Under the pieces are notes generated by a model, which worked only from the letters and a program-made list of their open reading frames with translations, ran no database searches and had not been told where the DNA came from. Of a DNA stretch of 32,000 nt, positions 7,235 to 16,051 are shown piece by piece (the first letter of the stretch is position 1; each line of letters starts with the position of its first letter). The position numbers were made by a program, and so were the translations under genes. Origin of the DNA: Candidatus Iainarchaeum sp. (GTDB taxonomy: Archaea > Iainarchaeota > Iainarchaeia > Iainarchaeales > VGJJ01). Location: assembly GCA_030688545.1 (NCBI GenBank), contig JAUYHT010000002.1, forward strand, positions 330,001 through 362,000. The letters are read 5' to 3'.

Positions 7235-7684
7235 ATGCGATCAAAGCCCGTAATTAGGACCATTCAAAAGAAGGATATCAATCGCGTTTATTCGATCGGC
7301 AAGCAATTCTTTTTCGGGCCCGACAAATGGGATTGGGGATGGACGATTGAGTATGTCACTTTCCTGTCCGAGTATCACACCGATACCTTTTTCGTCGCTG
7401 AAATGAATGGATCCATTATCGGTTTCATCGTTTCAAAAGCACCTATCAGTTCGGATAAACCCACCGTCGGGTGGTTGGAATCCATGGCAGTCCTTCCTGA
7501 AAACCAGAAAAAGGGGGTTGGAACCGCCCTCATGGACCAAGCTATCAAAGTATTGAAGAAAAAGGGGATGCATTCGGTCCGATTAACCAATTGGCAATCC
7601 AAAAAGCACCTGAACTCCCTGTATGAAAAGTACGGGTTTTCCGCGAAAGACCACTTGATCATGCGCGAAAAGATGCTCGAATGA
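7235..7684 (+). CDS. GNAT-family N-acetyltransferase
   Basis: Acetyl-CoA-binding motif A is present (ENQKKGVGTALMDQAIKVLKKKG). Size is about 150 aa. The track start TTG 7232 is an alternative. Confidence 0.85.
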   Translation: MRSKPVIRTIQKKDINRVYSIGKQFFFGPDKWDWGWTIEYVTFLSEYHTDTFFVAEMNGSIIGFIVSKAPISSDKPTVGWLESMAVLPENQKKGVGTALMDQAIKVLKKKGMHSVRLTNWQSKKHLNSLYEKYGFSAKDHLIMREKMLE

Positions 7685-8006
7685 AATCCTATTCAACATT
7701 AACTAATGAAGGCTACAGCCCCTGGTGTCCTTTAGAATGAAAGAAAGCAAAGATAATGCAAAACAAACGAATGGATCTCACCTACCAACTAAAAGCAGGC
7801 GGAGGGTTCTCCTGAAACCACCATAAAGTTTTTCACTAACGATATCAGCCGATCCATCTTGACTATTAAATTAGAAATTGGGCGCTTTACCAAAAGAACC
7901 TTGTTGTCACTAACAATCTTACCAATTACCACATTAATTTTTTTGTCTACCATAACCTACATGCAATCAATAATAGTATAAGACTTGGCAATATTCTCTC
8001 AAGTAA

Positions 8007-8732
8007 TTATTCCAATATCTTCTTCAATTCCAGAAAATTTCTGATAACGTAATCAGGCTTTGAATCCCATGCAGAAGAAAATTCATTGTTTTTTGGATTA
8101 TACCAACAAGTCTGGAATCCTGCTTTCCGTGCGTTCATATCCCGTGGCGAATCTCCCACCATTAGAATATTTTGAGCTTTTATATGTGGAAATTCTTTCC
8201 GAATATTCTTTAGAAACAATCGAAAAATATGAACCCTGGATTTATCAGCGTTTACCTCACATGAAATGATTATGCGATGATCCGCAATTCCTAACTCATG
8301 TTTCTTAACCCAACGTCGACCCCAATTTACGAGGGAATCAGAAATAACTCCAGTAACAATCTCTTTACGCGCCAAAAAACGCATTAAATTCTTTACCCTA
8401 GGAGAAATCCGTCGAGGACTATGATCATTCTCCCGATGCGAATAGTGTGCATCCCGCATCATAGTGAAAACGGAACGAGAAGGAGGAATACCCAATAACT
8501 CCAGAACCTTCTCATCGTACCAAAAGAATCCTTTCTTGGCCCAAGATTTCTTGTGTTCAGTCCGAACCTTCTCCATCGCCGCATCAAAACGGGGTATTGA
8601 AACATCATAACCCAACGACCGAAGGACACGGACCTTTGCGGACCGCGCCCGGCGCTTGGACGCTTTCGTTTCGTGATACAAGGTTCCGTGAATATCAAAA
8701 GCGATACACTTTATAGGTGGTTTTTCCGCCAT
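8007..8732 (-). CDS. HAD-superfamily hydrolase
   Basis: Motif I is IAFDIHGTLY, with the second Asp replaced by His. Motif IV is MVGDSPRDMNARKAG. TATA-like TTTATTCG (reverse complement of 8754-8761) lies about 26 nt upstream of the ATG. Confidence 0.75.
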   Translation of the reverse strand: MAEKPPIKCIAFDIHGTLYHETKASKRRARSAKVRVLRSLGYDVSIPRFDAAMEKVRTEHKKSWAKKGFFWYDEKVLELLGIPPSRSVFTMMRDAHYSHRENDHSPRRISPRVKNLMRFLARKEIVTGVISDSLVNWGRRWVKKHELGIADHRIIISCEVNADKSRVHIFRLFLKNIRKEFPHIKAQNILMVGDSPRDMNARKAGFQTCWYNPKNNEFSSAWDSKPDYVIRNFLELKKILE

Positions 8733-8760
8733 GAAAACCTATTTACCCGCATTCGAATAA

Positions 8761-8796
8761 ATGACTTCCCCCCTACTAAAAGGCCGAGGAACTCAA
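8761..8796 (+). repeat. Degenerate structured element unit
   Basis: ATGACTTCCCCCCTAC-TAAAA-GGCCGAGGAACTCAAG keeps the 5' box, the loop and the GGCCGAGG half, but the left stem arm is lost. It lies in the divergent HAD/Nudix promoter region. Confidence 0.5.
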
Positions 8797-8847
8797 GTTG
8801 GAAAAATATTCCATATTCTAATAAATCCTCCCTTCGTTTCATGTAGC

Positions 8848-9762
8848 ATGCAATCAGGAACCAAAATCCAAAATAAAAGAAAAAAAGCTGAAAAAAATAT
8901 TCCCACATCGATTGTTCTAGTCTTCGATCCGGATTTTAAACACATTTTAATGGTGAAGCGCGTAAAAAATTACTTTGGATTTGATTGGGGATATATAGCT
9001 GGAAAATCGGATAAGGGAGAAACGGCTCATGAAACGGCATCACGAGAAATGTGGGAAGAAATAGGCATCCGCCAATACCCCCAACATATCCATTCCTTAA
9101 GTGAATATGGAATAAAATCACCACCAGACCCATTTACGATATTTATTACATCCATCCCCAAAGAAATACCTCTAACTATCAAAGTAGATGAAATAAAAGA
9201 AGCCAAATGGTTCCCCATTCATAATCTTCCCGAAAGTCGACCAATGAGTGAGGATGCCGTTATCCAATCCATTATTTCAGTAGTAAAGTCCATCTTATTG
9301 CTACCCTATCGACAAAATGTCCAATTTTGGTGCTACCGCAAAGATGGAAAAATTCTCTTGCTGGATGAAAGCACCACGGATGAGGTATATTGGAAATTCC
9401 CCCAAGGAGGGATTGAATCCAATGAAACCCATGAAAAAGCCATTACACGTGAGTTGGAAGAAGAACTCAATATCAAAACATTTCAGATATTGTCCAAAGC
9501 GAAATACATCAACCGATACAATTGGCCACCTACCCTGCTAGTGAAAGGATTCCGCGGCCAAGAACAACACATTTATCTAGTATATTTACCCCATCCAAAG
9601 GAAGTCAAACCCAATAAAAAAGAAGGAATCAGACAAGCCAAATGGATGACTTTCCACGAAGCAATAAGCCACTTTCTCATTCCCAATCAAAAACTAGCCG
9701 CGGATAGAATATGGAAAGAATTCGAGCCAATCATCAAGAGGGTTGCGAAGCCTTTGCTTTAA
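8848..9762 (+). CDS. Tandem double Nudix hydrolase
   Basis: There are two Nudix boxes: GKSDKGETAHETASREMWEEIGI, and GGIESNETHEKAITRELEEELNI (with the final G replaced by N). TATA-like TAATAAAT (8819-8826) lies about 26 nt upstream of ATG 8848. The track start at 8761 is encoded by the repeat element and was rejected. Confidence 0.75.
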   Translation: MQSGTKIQNKRKKAEKNIPTSIVLVFDPDFKHILMVKRVKNYFGFDWGYIAGKSDKGETAHETASREMWEEIGIRQYPQHIHSLSEYGIKSPPDPFTIFITSIPKEIPLTIKVDEIKEAKWFPIHNLPESRPMSEDAVIQSIISVVKSILLLPYRQNVQFWCYRKDGKILLLDESTTDEVYWKFPQGGIESNETHEKAITRELEEELNIKTFQILSKAKYINRYNWPPTLLVKGFRGQEQHIYLVYLPHPKEVKPNKKEGIRQAKWMTFHEAISHFLIPNQKLAADRIWKEFEPIIKRVAKPLL

Positions 9763-9909
9763 CACAATATTTTTGTCGCCCACTTTAGCTGTGTAGACTA
9801 TAGAATACATCCCTGTTTTATTTTCCTTTATTTCGGAAATAGTACGTATTGGAACATGCAGAATACTGGCTATTCTCTTTTTCACGTTTCTTCTGTTCAT
9901 GTCAATTAG

Positions 9910-10506
9910 TTACATTTCAAGTATATAATTACTTATTATATTTTCGAAGCCTTTTTCCCGCACAATTTTCCACGCTTCCTGAGTACTTTTATGATTTTTC
10001 CTTTTTTCAATTTCGTTTTCACAAAGATACTCTTTGTTTATTTTTCTAAATAATTTATTTTGTATTGCATACACTAGGATATGCGAGTAGCTATCATTTT
10101 CAAGAGTTGGAAAGTCTTTTTTTAACTCTGTTATCCCTTTTCTTACTTTTATTTCTTCCAGTGCATTATGAATAAGCTCATGAGTTATCAGATAAATTAA
10201 ATTTTCATTATCCATTCGTTTCCCGTTTGAAGTGCAAAGTGATATTGTCAAGGGATCTGAAAAAGTAGTATTATGCGCACGGAATGGTAAAACATAAATT
10301 CTAATTTCCTTTCTTCTCCAAATTACTTTAATAAAATCAGATATCATTTTCAAATTATTTTCAAGTTCAGGAATTCTTGTTTTTAATTCGCTAATAGACA
10401 ACTTAAAATCATCATCACTTAATTCCGCAATCGGAATATCATTCATCATCCCCAAAATCTTTTGAGAATAAATTCGACTATTCTTTATCAGTATCTCAGG
10501 ATACAT
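9910..10506 (-). CDS. HExxH-motif protein, AT-rich paralog of 791-1408
   Basis: 198 aa with WRRKEIRIYV, FSDPLTISL, HELIHNAL and EAWKIVREKGFENI matching the 791-1408 product. TATA-like ATATTTAA (reverse complement of 10529-10536) lies about 27 nt upstream of the ATG. Confidence 0.65.
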   Translation of the reverse strand: MYPEILIKNSRIYSQKILGMMNDIPIAELSDDDFKLSISELKTRIPELENNLKMISDFIKVIWRRKEIRIYVLPFRAHNTTFSDPLTISLCTSNGKRMDNENLIYLITHELIHNALEEIKVRKGITELKKDFPTLENDSYSHILVYAIQNKLFRKINKEYLCENEIEKRKNHKSTQEAWKIVREKGFENIISNYILEM

Positions 10507-10642
10507 GATATATCGTAGAAAGTTCTTGTTAAATATCTATGTAGCTTTCTTAACAAGCACATCATTACTCAACTGAAAAAAGGTATTTTGGACCATTATA
10601 AGAATTGCAAAGCGAGGGAAAAAAGCACATCACATATTTGCA

Positions 10643-10650
10643 TTTATATA
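10643..10650 (+). promoter_or_regulatory. TATA box candidate for wHTH paralog P1
   Basis: TTTATATA is centred 27-28 nt upstream of ATG 10674. This supports that ATG as the ancestral start even though its frame closes after 5 codons. Confidence 0.45.
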
Positions 10651-10673
10651 TTCCACCCCTTATTATGTATCAT

Positions 10674-11526
10674 ATGGAGGGATTTTCCTGATACCTGAAA
10701 CAGGTTCATTAGAGCTCTTGACGAGCCAGCCGAAGAATGCCAAGGGAGCGATTATTCAGAAGCTGGCTAAGCAATGGCCATTGACAGCCAAGGAGCTATC
10801 CAATATTCTCCAACGAGAATTTGCCCTACAAGTTACCTATCAGCGGTTCATAAAGCCCTTCAAGAGCTCGAAAGGGATCACGTAGTGGAAAAGAATGAGC
10901 ATGGATACCAATTTCACGAGAATTGGATCCAAAACGTCCTCAAAATATCCAACGCCATCGCCCAAAACTATTCCCGAAATGAGCCCTTGGATTTTGATAA
11001 AGACGTTATCCAGCTCCACTTTACCTCATGGTTGAATGCCGGCCGGTTTGGAAGTTTCACGTTTAAGAATGAATTTCCTAATCCGGAGCATAAACCCATC
11101 CTGTCCTGCTGGATGCATGTATGGCCCGTCAGCACGGTATCCGCGGAAGAAAGCAGGATACTATTAGAGCAATCCAAACGGGAAAAAGGGCTATTCTGCG
11201 TATGCCCTAACAATACGCCTCTCGATCAACTGTTTGCCGACTGGATTGGGAAACTCGGACGGAAGCATATTTTAGGAGTTGATATGAAATTAGACCATGA
11301 CTATGTCATCAAAGGAGATCACATCGCCCAGTTTTATTATCCCAAAAGCTTCTTGGAAAAGGTGGATTTATTCTACCGAGATAACACCGACATCAAAAAT
11401 ATCGATTATCAAAAACTACAAGAACTCGCCACTGAAAAGACAAATATTCATACAATTGTCATTCGAAATAAGGAACTAGCGGAAGCCAAAAGAAATGAAT
11501 TGCTGGAACTGTTTCAAAACCAGTAG
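10674..11526 (+). pseudogene. wHTH paralog P1, reading frame disrupted twice
   Basis: ATG 10674 reads MEGFS*. Family-like sequence then continues in the -1 frame (FLIPETGSLELLTSQPKNAKGAIIQKLAKQWPLTAKELSNILQREFALQVTYQ). At about 10843-10846 it shifts -1 again into the track ORF (AVHKALQELERD...). The family motif YQAVHK is split across the two frames. Confidence 0.6.
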
Positions 11527-11538
11527 AAAGGGTTAGAT

Positions 11539-12375
11539 ATGGAACGATACACCCAACTCCTAAAAAAGCCGCAAACCGCCAAAACCGCCATTATTCAATA
11601 TTTGGCCAGCGACTTTCCACACCCCATTAAAAAAATCCATCATATTTTACAACGGGAATATGGAATGGATATATCCTATCAAGCCGTGCACAAAGCCATA
11701 CAAGAACTAGAAGAAGAATCCATCCTCACTAAAAAAGATGGGCAATGGCAACTCAACCCCACCTGGTTGGATTCCCAGGAACGATTCATCCATCAAACAA
11801 AACAAAAATATCAAGGAAACAAAAACAAATACAACATCAACCTGAACTACGATGGGCCACAGGTATTTGAATTTGATAATTTTACGGACTTTTCAGTGGA
11901 GACGGCAAATCTAGTTGCTAAGCAGGTCTTGTATCAGAATGGAGAAAAAGCATACTACATTCTTGAGTATGGATACTGGCCACTAAAATTCAAATTTGAT
12001 CACTTGCATGTTATATACAATCTCGTAAAAAAGTCCCCTAATTCTATTTACATTATTCGAAAAGTAACTACGTATGGTAAATGGGTACAAAAACAATACT
12101 TGAGAGTTGGAGGAATTGGGATTATTGGATCAAAAATACCTATCGAAGACGACTTCTGGATTCAAGGAGAATGGATGGGACAGGTACATTTCCCTGCCGA
12201 ATCCAAAAAAATTATTGAACAATATTGGAATAAATGGAAAAATCTAGAGGATAGCTTCAAAGAACTCGGACTGAAAAAAGAGCCGAAAATGGTCATACTT
12301 GCTACCGTTACCAAAAACCCATCCATGGCAAGATTTTTGAGTAAGGAGATAGAGAAATACCTAGCAGCTGGGTAG
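11539..12375 (+). CDS. wHTH paralog P2 (N-terminal winged helix plus uncharacterised C-terminal domain)
   Basis: 278 aa. ISYQAVHKAIQELEEESILTKKDGQWQL forms the wHTH recognition and wing region. A WPLKF motif lies in the C-terminal domain. The gene starts 12 nt after P1. Confidence 0.75.
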   Translation: MERYTQLLKKPQTAKTAIIQYLASDFPHPIKKIHHILQREYGMDISYQAVHKAIQELEEESILTKKDGQWQLNPTWLDSQERFIHQTKQKYQGNKNKYNINLNYDGPQVFEFDNFTDFSVETANLVAKQVLYQNGEKAYYILEYGYWPLKFKFDHLHVIYNLVKKSPNSIYIIRKVTTYGKWVQKQYLRVGGIGIIGSKIPIEDDFWIQGEWMGQVHFPAESKKIIEQYWNKWKNLEDSFKELGLKKEPKMVILATVTKNPSMARFLSKEIEKYLAAG

Positions 12376-12379
12376 ACTC

Positions 12380-12559
12380 ATGCAAATTGAAGAAAGCTTG
12401 AACTTACTGAACCAAAAGCCGAGAAATGTAAAGAACGCAATCGTACAGAAATTATCTATGAAATGACCGGTTTCGCTCAAACAGCTCGATCACGCACTGA
12501 AACGAGAATTCGGAATGGACGTAACATATCATGCGGTGCACAAGACGGTTTCGCAATGA
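12380..12559 (+). pseudogene. wHTH paralog P3 remnant (in-frame TGA plus truncation)
   Basis: It reads MQIEESLNLLNQKPRNVKNAIVQKLSMK*PVSLKQLDHALKREFGMDVTYHAVHKTVSQ*. TGA 12464-12466 sits where P1 has Trp (KQWPL). The ORF ends at TGA 12557-12559 inside the repeat element, so the whole C-terminal domain is absent. Confidence 0.6.
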
Positions 12560-12676
12560 CTTCCTCTGCGGCCTGAAGGCCGCGGTATCCATGTAGAGCA
12601 AGAACGACAAACGGCTCGCGTAAACGCTCGCCAAACGTGGGGCGACGAATGTCGCCCTGAAGGGCGAGGTATCAAC
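12556..12676 (+). repeat. Composite structured element (second full-length copy)
   Basis: Unit 1 is ATGACTTCCTCT-GCGGCC-TGAA-GGCCGC-GGTATCC (12556-12590). The central box is GCTCGCGTAAACGCTCGCC (12614-12632). Unit 2 is TCGCCC-TGAA-GGGCGA-GGTATCAAC (12652-12676). The order matches 3621-3750. Confidence 0.75.
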
Positions 12677-12687
12677 TTTTTTCCACA

Positions 12688-12706
12688 GGCTTTTTTCTAA
12701 AAAGCC
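12688..12706. terminator. Hairpin with T/A runs between converging transcription units
   Basis: GGCTTTTT-TCT-AAAAAGCC forms an 8-bp stem, preceded by T6 (12677-12682). It lies between the + strand remnant/element and the 3' end of the - strand gene 12771-13253. Confidence 0.35.
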
Positions 12707-12770
12707 GGAATGACAGAATTTCCCGCCTCGACGAACTAAAAAGAAGTTTGATTTCTCTCAAAAATTGTGA

Positions 12771-13253
12771 TTAAAATTTATCAATTGTTTCTCGGATTTT
12801 TGCCATTTTTGTGTGCGTATCAACTTTGAATCCATCTTCATTTTGTTTTGAAACCTCGATATTTTCTGTTAAAATATCAAGGGTGTTTTGATGGCCTTCC
12901 TTAATTGCTTTTCCCAAATTTTTTTTAAGTGCGATTGCAAATGTATTTGCTTTTTTTTCATCAAGAAAGTGTGCGATAATACTTGTTGGTGCTTGATTCA
13001 TGACTTCCAAAAATCCTTGCTTTGCAAATTGAAATCGATAAAAAAATTTCTCGCCGATAACATCTTGCCCCATATAATAAATTTTCTCTGATAAATCCTT
13101 GCTTAGAAAATCGATAAATTCAAACAAAGCATTCTGTGCCTTTTCCTGCTCACTCATTTGATCCCTGAAATTTAACTTCTCATTAATAGCCACAGAAAAA
13201 TTTAATGACTCAGGTAAATCTACAAGAGAAACCCAAACATGTTTTGTTTCCAT
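12771..13253 (-). CDS. Hypothetical protein
   Basis: 160-aa ORF. TATA-like TTTAAATA (reverse complement of 13275-13282) lies about 26 nt upstream of the ATG. No motif recognised. Confidence 0.55.
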   Translation of the reverse strand: METKHVWVSLVDLPESLNFSVAINEKLNFRDQMSEQEKAQNALFEFIDFLSKDLSEKIYYMGQDVIGEKFFYRFQFAKQGFLEVMNQAPTSIIAHFLDEKKANTFAIALKKNLGKAIKEGHQNTLDILTENIEVSKQNEDGFKVDTHTKMAKIRETIDKF

Positions 13254-13311
13254 AAGGTAAAAAACCCATCTTAATATTTAAACTCAAACCACAGTTATGT
13301 TTAATTATCAA

Positions 13312-14736
13312 CTAATGGTGAATCTGCGGTCGCGTTAATTGATGCAAATAATCATTCCCTTCATGAAACATTATGTCTAATTCTGTTGAATGTTTCATAC
13401 GTTTGATATGATGAGCATGCAAATATTCTTTCAAAACTTCTGATTCGTCTTCTGTGTAAACAACGGTAACAAGACGATGGTTTTTTCCAGCAGACATATT
13501 TAGCTCGTTCACAGCACTGGAATAATTTTCGGATTGTTTGACAGTGAGTAAATAGCAGGAAAATTCAGTCGATAAAAATTCAGAAAAAATATCATTTGTT
13601 TTAAATAAAAGCGGTGAGGATTGAGATTCACTTAAAAAGTCACCCGAAAACTTTTGCAATTGATTTAAGCTTGATAATTCATTGCAACGTTTTCCTACCA
13701 TGGATAAAATTTCTGGGTTTACATTTCCTACCTTTGTTTTCTTATTCATTGGGTCACCAACCCATTTTCCATAACTTTCAAATTTTTCTATTAATAATGG
13801 CATTAATTCTGAATTCTTTCCCGAAGCATCAAATATCGATTTCAATGCATTACAACCAATTGGCCAAGTTAAAGAAGATTCAACAGCAAGGTCGACTGTT
13901 TTTCTAATATCGGCAGAGCTTGCACAAATTGAAGCTGTACGTCCTGTTGTATGCTTCAATACAATTTTATCTGAAAAATGATCAACTTTGTGATCGCCAT
14001 TAATTTCCCACCGGAGTAAATTTTCAACTACCCCATTATCCCCAAAAGCCCAAATTGCAGACGATGAATCTACAAGGTCAAAGTGTATTTTTCCTTTGCT
14101 TTGGTTGTTCGTGTCCCAATTTACAACATGTAAAGCTTCTTTAGGATACCCACATTGAATTAGTGTCTGTATTGTTTTGGAGGCAATTGGAAAATCTGTT
14201 TTTGAAGGTTTAAAAATCCCTGGCAATCCCAATGAAATTAACCATGCAGCAACAAAACTTGTTACTCGGGGGTCATTTCCAGGAGTTACAACATAAACAT
14301 ACCCGGAAATGGGATGCATGTACTTAAACATGGGATGGCCTTCAATCGGATTTCGTCCGATTTTACCGTTATTGATACCAATTCGTTTCCGGATGAGATC
14401 TGGTATGATTTTGAATATTTTCTCAACCTCATTCAACTGATCTTTGACGGCGGTTATTGGCATTCCTGATAATTTAACCCATGATTCAATTTCATCGTCT
14501 GTAAATTTTATTTTTCGACTAGCTTCATACAAAATATTTGAACGCTCCTCAAATGGCATTTGCGCCAAAGTAGCAGTAGACGAGCGTGCTTTTGAAATTG
14601 CAGTTTTGGCATCAAGTACTCCCGCGTTTGGTACCTCGATTACAAAACCAGGATCATAAAAAGATTGGATTGGAAAATAAGCTTTAGTTAGGCTGATGCT
14701 ACTTCCACCAATTAAATTTTCAAATTTTAGACGCAT
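13312..14736 (-). CDS. LuxC-like acyl-CoA/acyl-protein reductase (aldehyde dehydrogenase superfamily)
   Basis: 474 aa. YVVTPGNDPRVTS, IFKPSKTDFP, IWAFGDNGVVENL, PIGCNALKSIF (candidate catalytic Cys) and C-terminal HEGNDYLHQL parallel LuxC segments (AGNVPLSG, IIKTSSTDP, VAWGG, RACFSAQNIY, HDGMRPLQRL). The classical ALDH ELGG Glu appears to be replaced (LKHTTGR). Confidence 0.65.
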   Translation of the reverse strand: MRLKFENLIGGSSISLTKAYFPIQSFYDPGFVIEVPNAGVLDAKTAISKARSSTATLAQMPFEERSNILYEASRKIKFTDDEIESWVKLSGMPITAVKDQLNEVEKIFKIIPDLIRKRIGINNGKIGRNPIEGHPMFKYMHPISGYVYVVTPGNDPRVTSFVAAWLISLGLPGIFKPSKTDFPIASKTIQTLIQCGYPKEALHVVNWDTNNQSKGKIHFDLVDSSSAIWAFGDNGVVENLLRWEINGDHKVDHFSDKIVLKHTTGRTASICASSADIRKTVDLAVESSLTWPIGCNALKSIFDASGKNSELMPLLIEKFESYGKWVGDPMNKKTKVGNVNPEILSMVGKRCNELSSLNQLQKFSGDFLSESQSSPLLFKTNDIFSEFLSTEFSCYLLTVKQSENYSSAVNELNMSAGKNHRLVTVVYTEDESEVLKEYLHAHHIKRMKHSTELDIMFHEGNDYLHQLTRPQIHH

Positions 14737-14760
14737 ATAACCACAATCTCAACTATCTTC

Positions 14761-14768
14761 ATTTAAAA
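14761..14768 (-). promoter_or_regulatory. TATA box candidate for the LuxC-like gene
   Basis: The reverse complement TTTTAAAT is centred about 28 nt upstream of ATG 14736. Confidence 0.4.
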
Positions 14769-14872
14769 GGCCATAAAAAATGGAAGATTGTTTCAAAAAA
14801 TCACTTAAAATATTGGAATACTTTCGTCTTATGACGAAAATAGCGTTGCCAAAATACTCAAAATGAATTTAG

Positions 14873-14880
14873 CTATAAAT
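14873..14880 (+). promoter_or_regulatory. TATA box candidate for the aminotransferase gene
   Basis: CTATAAAT is centred 26-27 nt upstream of ATG 14903. Confidence 0.4.
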
Positions 14881-14902
14881 AAATCACACATAAAAAAATC
14901 AC

Positions 14903-16051
14903 ATGAACCAAGCAATCAAAAGGATGAGTCGCAGTCCAATGATGGATTTTTTTGGAAAAGTTCCCAAAAATTGTATTAATTTATCAGTAGGCGAGCCATT
15001 ATTTGATACTCCTAAAAGAATCACAGATTTTGAAATTGATTCTTTAATCCAAGGAGCAAATAGATATACACCAGTAAAAGGCTTTTTGGAGTTGCGTGAA
15101 AAACTTGCTTCTAAATTAGCAAAAGATAATCATATAATAACCCAACCAAAAGATATTGTTGTAACATGCGGAAGTTCTGAAGCAATTGGACTCACAATAC
15201 AATCAACACTTAATTTAGGTGACAACGCAATAATTATTGATCCACATTTTCCCATCGTAGCTCCGCAAATAGAATTTACCGGGGGCATTGTAAAAAGACT
15301 GTCTTTAATGGAAAAGGATCATTTTCAACCAGACATAGACTTGCTCAATAAAATGATTGACAAAAAGACAAAATTAATTTACATGAACACTCCCCACAAT
15401 CCAACTGGAAGCGTATTTTCAAAAAATAGTATTTTAGAAATAATTGATATTGCCATCAAAAATGATATTTATTTGATTTCAGATGAAGTATATGAAAAAA
15501 TTATATATTCTGATAAACATCACTCGCCTGCAAGTCTTTCTAACTATCCTAAAATAATAACTGTAAATTCTTTTTCTAAATCTTACTCTATGTGCGGCCA
15601 TCGTGTTGGTTATGTGGTTACAAACAGCGACTTGATTGATAACATTGAAAAACTTAAATTTTCGTTGTCAGTGTCAACGCCAAACAGTTCCCAAAAAGCA
15701 GCCATTTGTGCATTAGATTCAGATAAAGAGTCCAACGAAATGGCAAAATTATACAAGAAACGTAGAGATATTATAGCAAATACAATTGGTAAACTTGGGC
15801 TTGACTTTGTCCTTCCAAAAGGGGCGTTCTACTTTTTTATCAATGTTAAAAGATTTGGTGGGGGGCAAAAGGTTTACGAAATGTTGCTAAAAAACAATAT
15901 TGTTGTCTTACCTGGAATTATATTTGGTAAGGCGTACTCAGACTATATTCGAATTAGCTATGTCCTGAATGAAGCAGGTCTAGAAAAAGCTATGCAAAAG
16001 TTTACAGAAATTATTAGCCAATACAACAGCCATTCTGAATTATTTCGTTAG
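14903..16051 (+). CDS. Class I/II PLP-dependent aminotransferase (AspC-like)
   Basis: NLSVGEPLFDTP, NTPHNPTGSVFS and the PLP-lysine motif SFSKSYSMCGHRVGY are all present in a 382-aa ORF. Confidence 0.9.
   Translation: MNQAIKRMSRSPMMDFFGKVPKNCINLSVGEPLFDTPKRITDFEIDSLIQGANRYTPVKGFLELREKLASKLAKDNHIITQPKDIVVTCGSSEAIGLTIQSTLNLGDNAIIIDPHFPIVAPQIEFTGGIVKRLSLMEKDHFQPDIDLLNKMIDKKTKLIYMNTPHNPTGSVFSKNSILEIIDIAIKNDIYLISDEVYEKIIYSDKHHSPASLSNYPKIITVNSFSKSYSMCGHRVGYVVTNSDLIDNIEKLKFSLSVSTPNSSQKAAICALDSDKESNEMAKLYKKRRDIIANTIGKLGLDFVLPKGAFYFFINVKRFGGGQKVYEMLLKNNIVVLPGIIFGKAYSDYIRISYVLNEAGLEKAMQKFTEIISQYNSHSELFR

Noticed and set aside
8761-8847. Extended N-terminus (MTSPLLKGRGTQVGK...) of the Nudix track ORF
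   Set aside because: These codons are the degenerate repeat-element unit. A TATA-like box at -26 supports ATG 8848.
9694-9900. 68-aa ORF on the - strand. Its N-terminal part (ISEIKENKTGMYSIVYTAKVGDKNIVLK) faintly resembles a kinase/phosphotransferase Gly-loop region
   Set aside because: It is too short. Its 3' third runs antisense through the Nudix gene end. The resemblance is weak, so at best it is a fragment.
10525-10557. 8-bp inverted repeat CTTGTTAA...TTAACAAG spanning the TATA-like box of the 9910-10506 gene, considered as an operator
   Set aside because: It is short and AT-rich, so it is easily produced by chance in this 28%-GC region. No second copy occurs at other promoters in the window.
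12464-12466. In-frame TGA at a conserved Trp position, considered as evidence for TGA-to-Trp recoding
   Set aside because: TGA terminates several well-supported genes here (VapB fragment, DUF4258, SPOUT methyltransferase, P4, KaiC-like, V4R). A single TGG-to-TGA nonsense mutation in an already truncated paralog is the simpler explanation.
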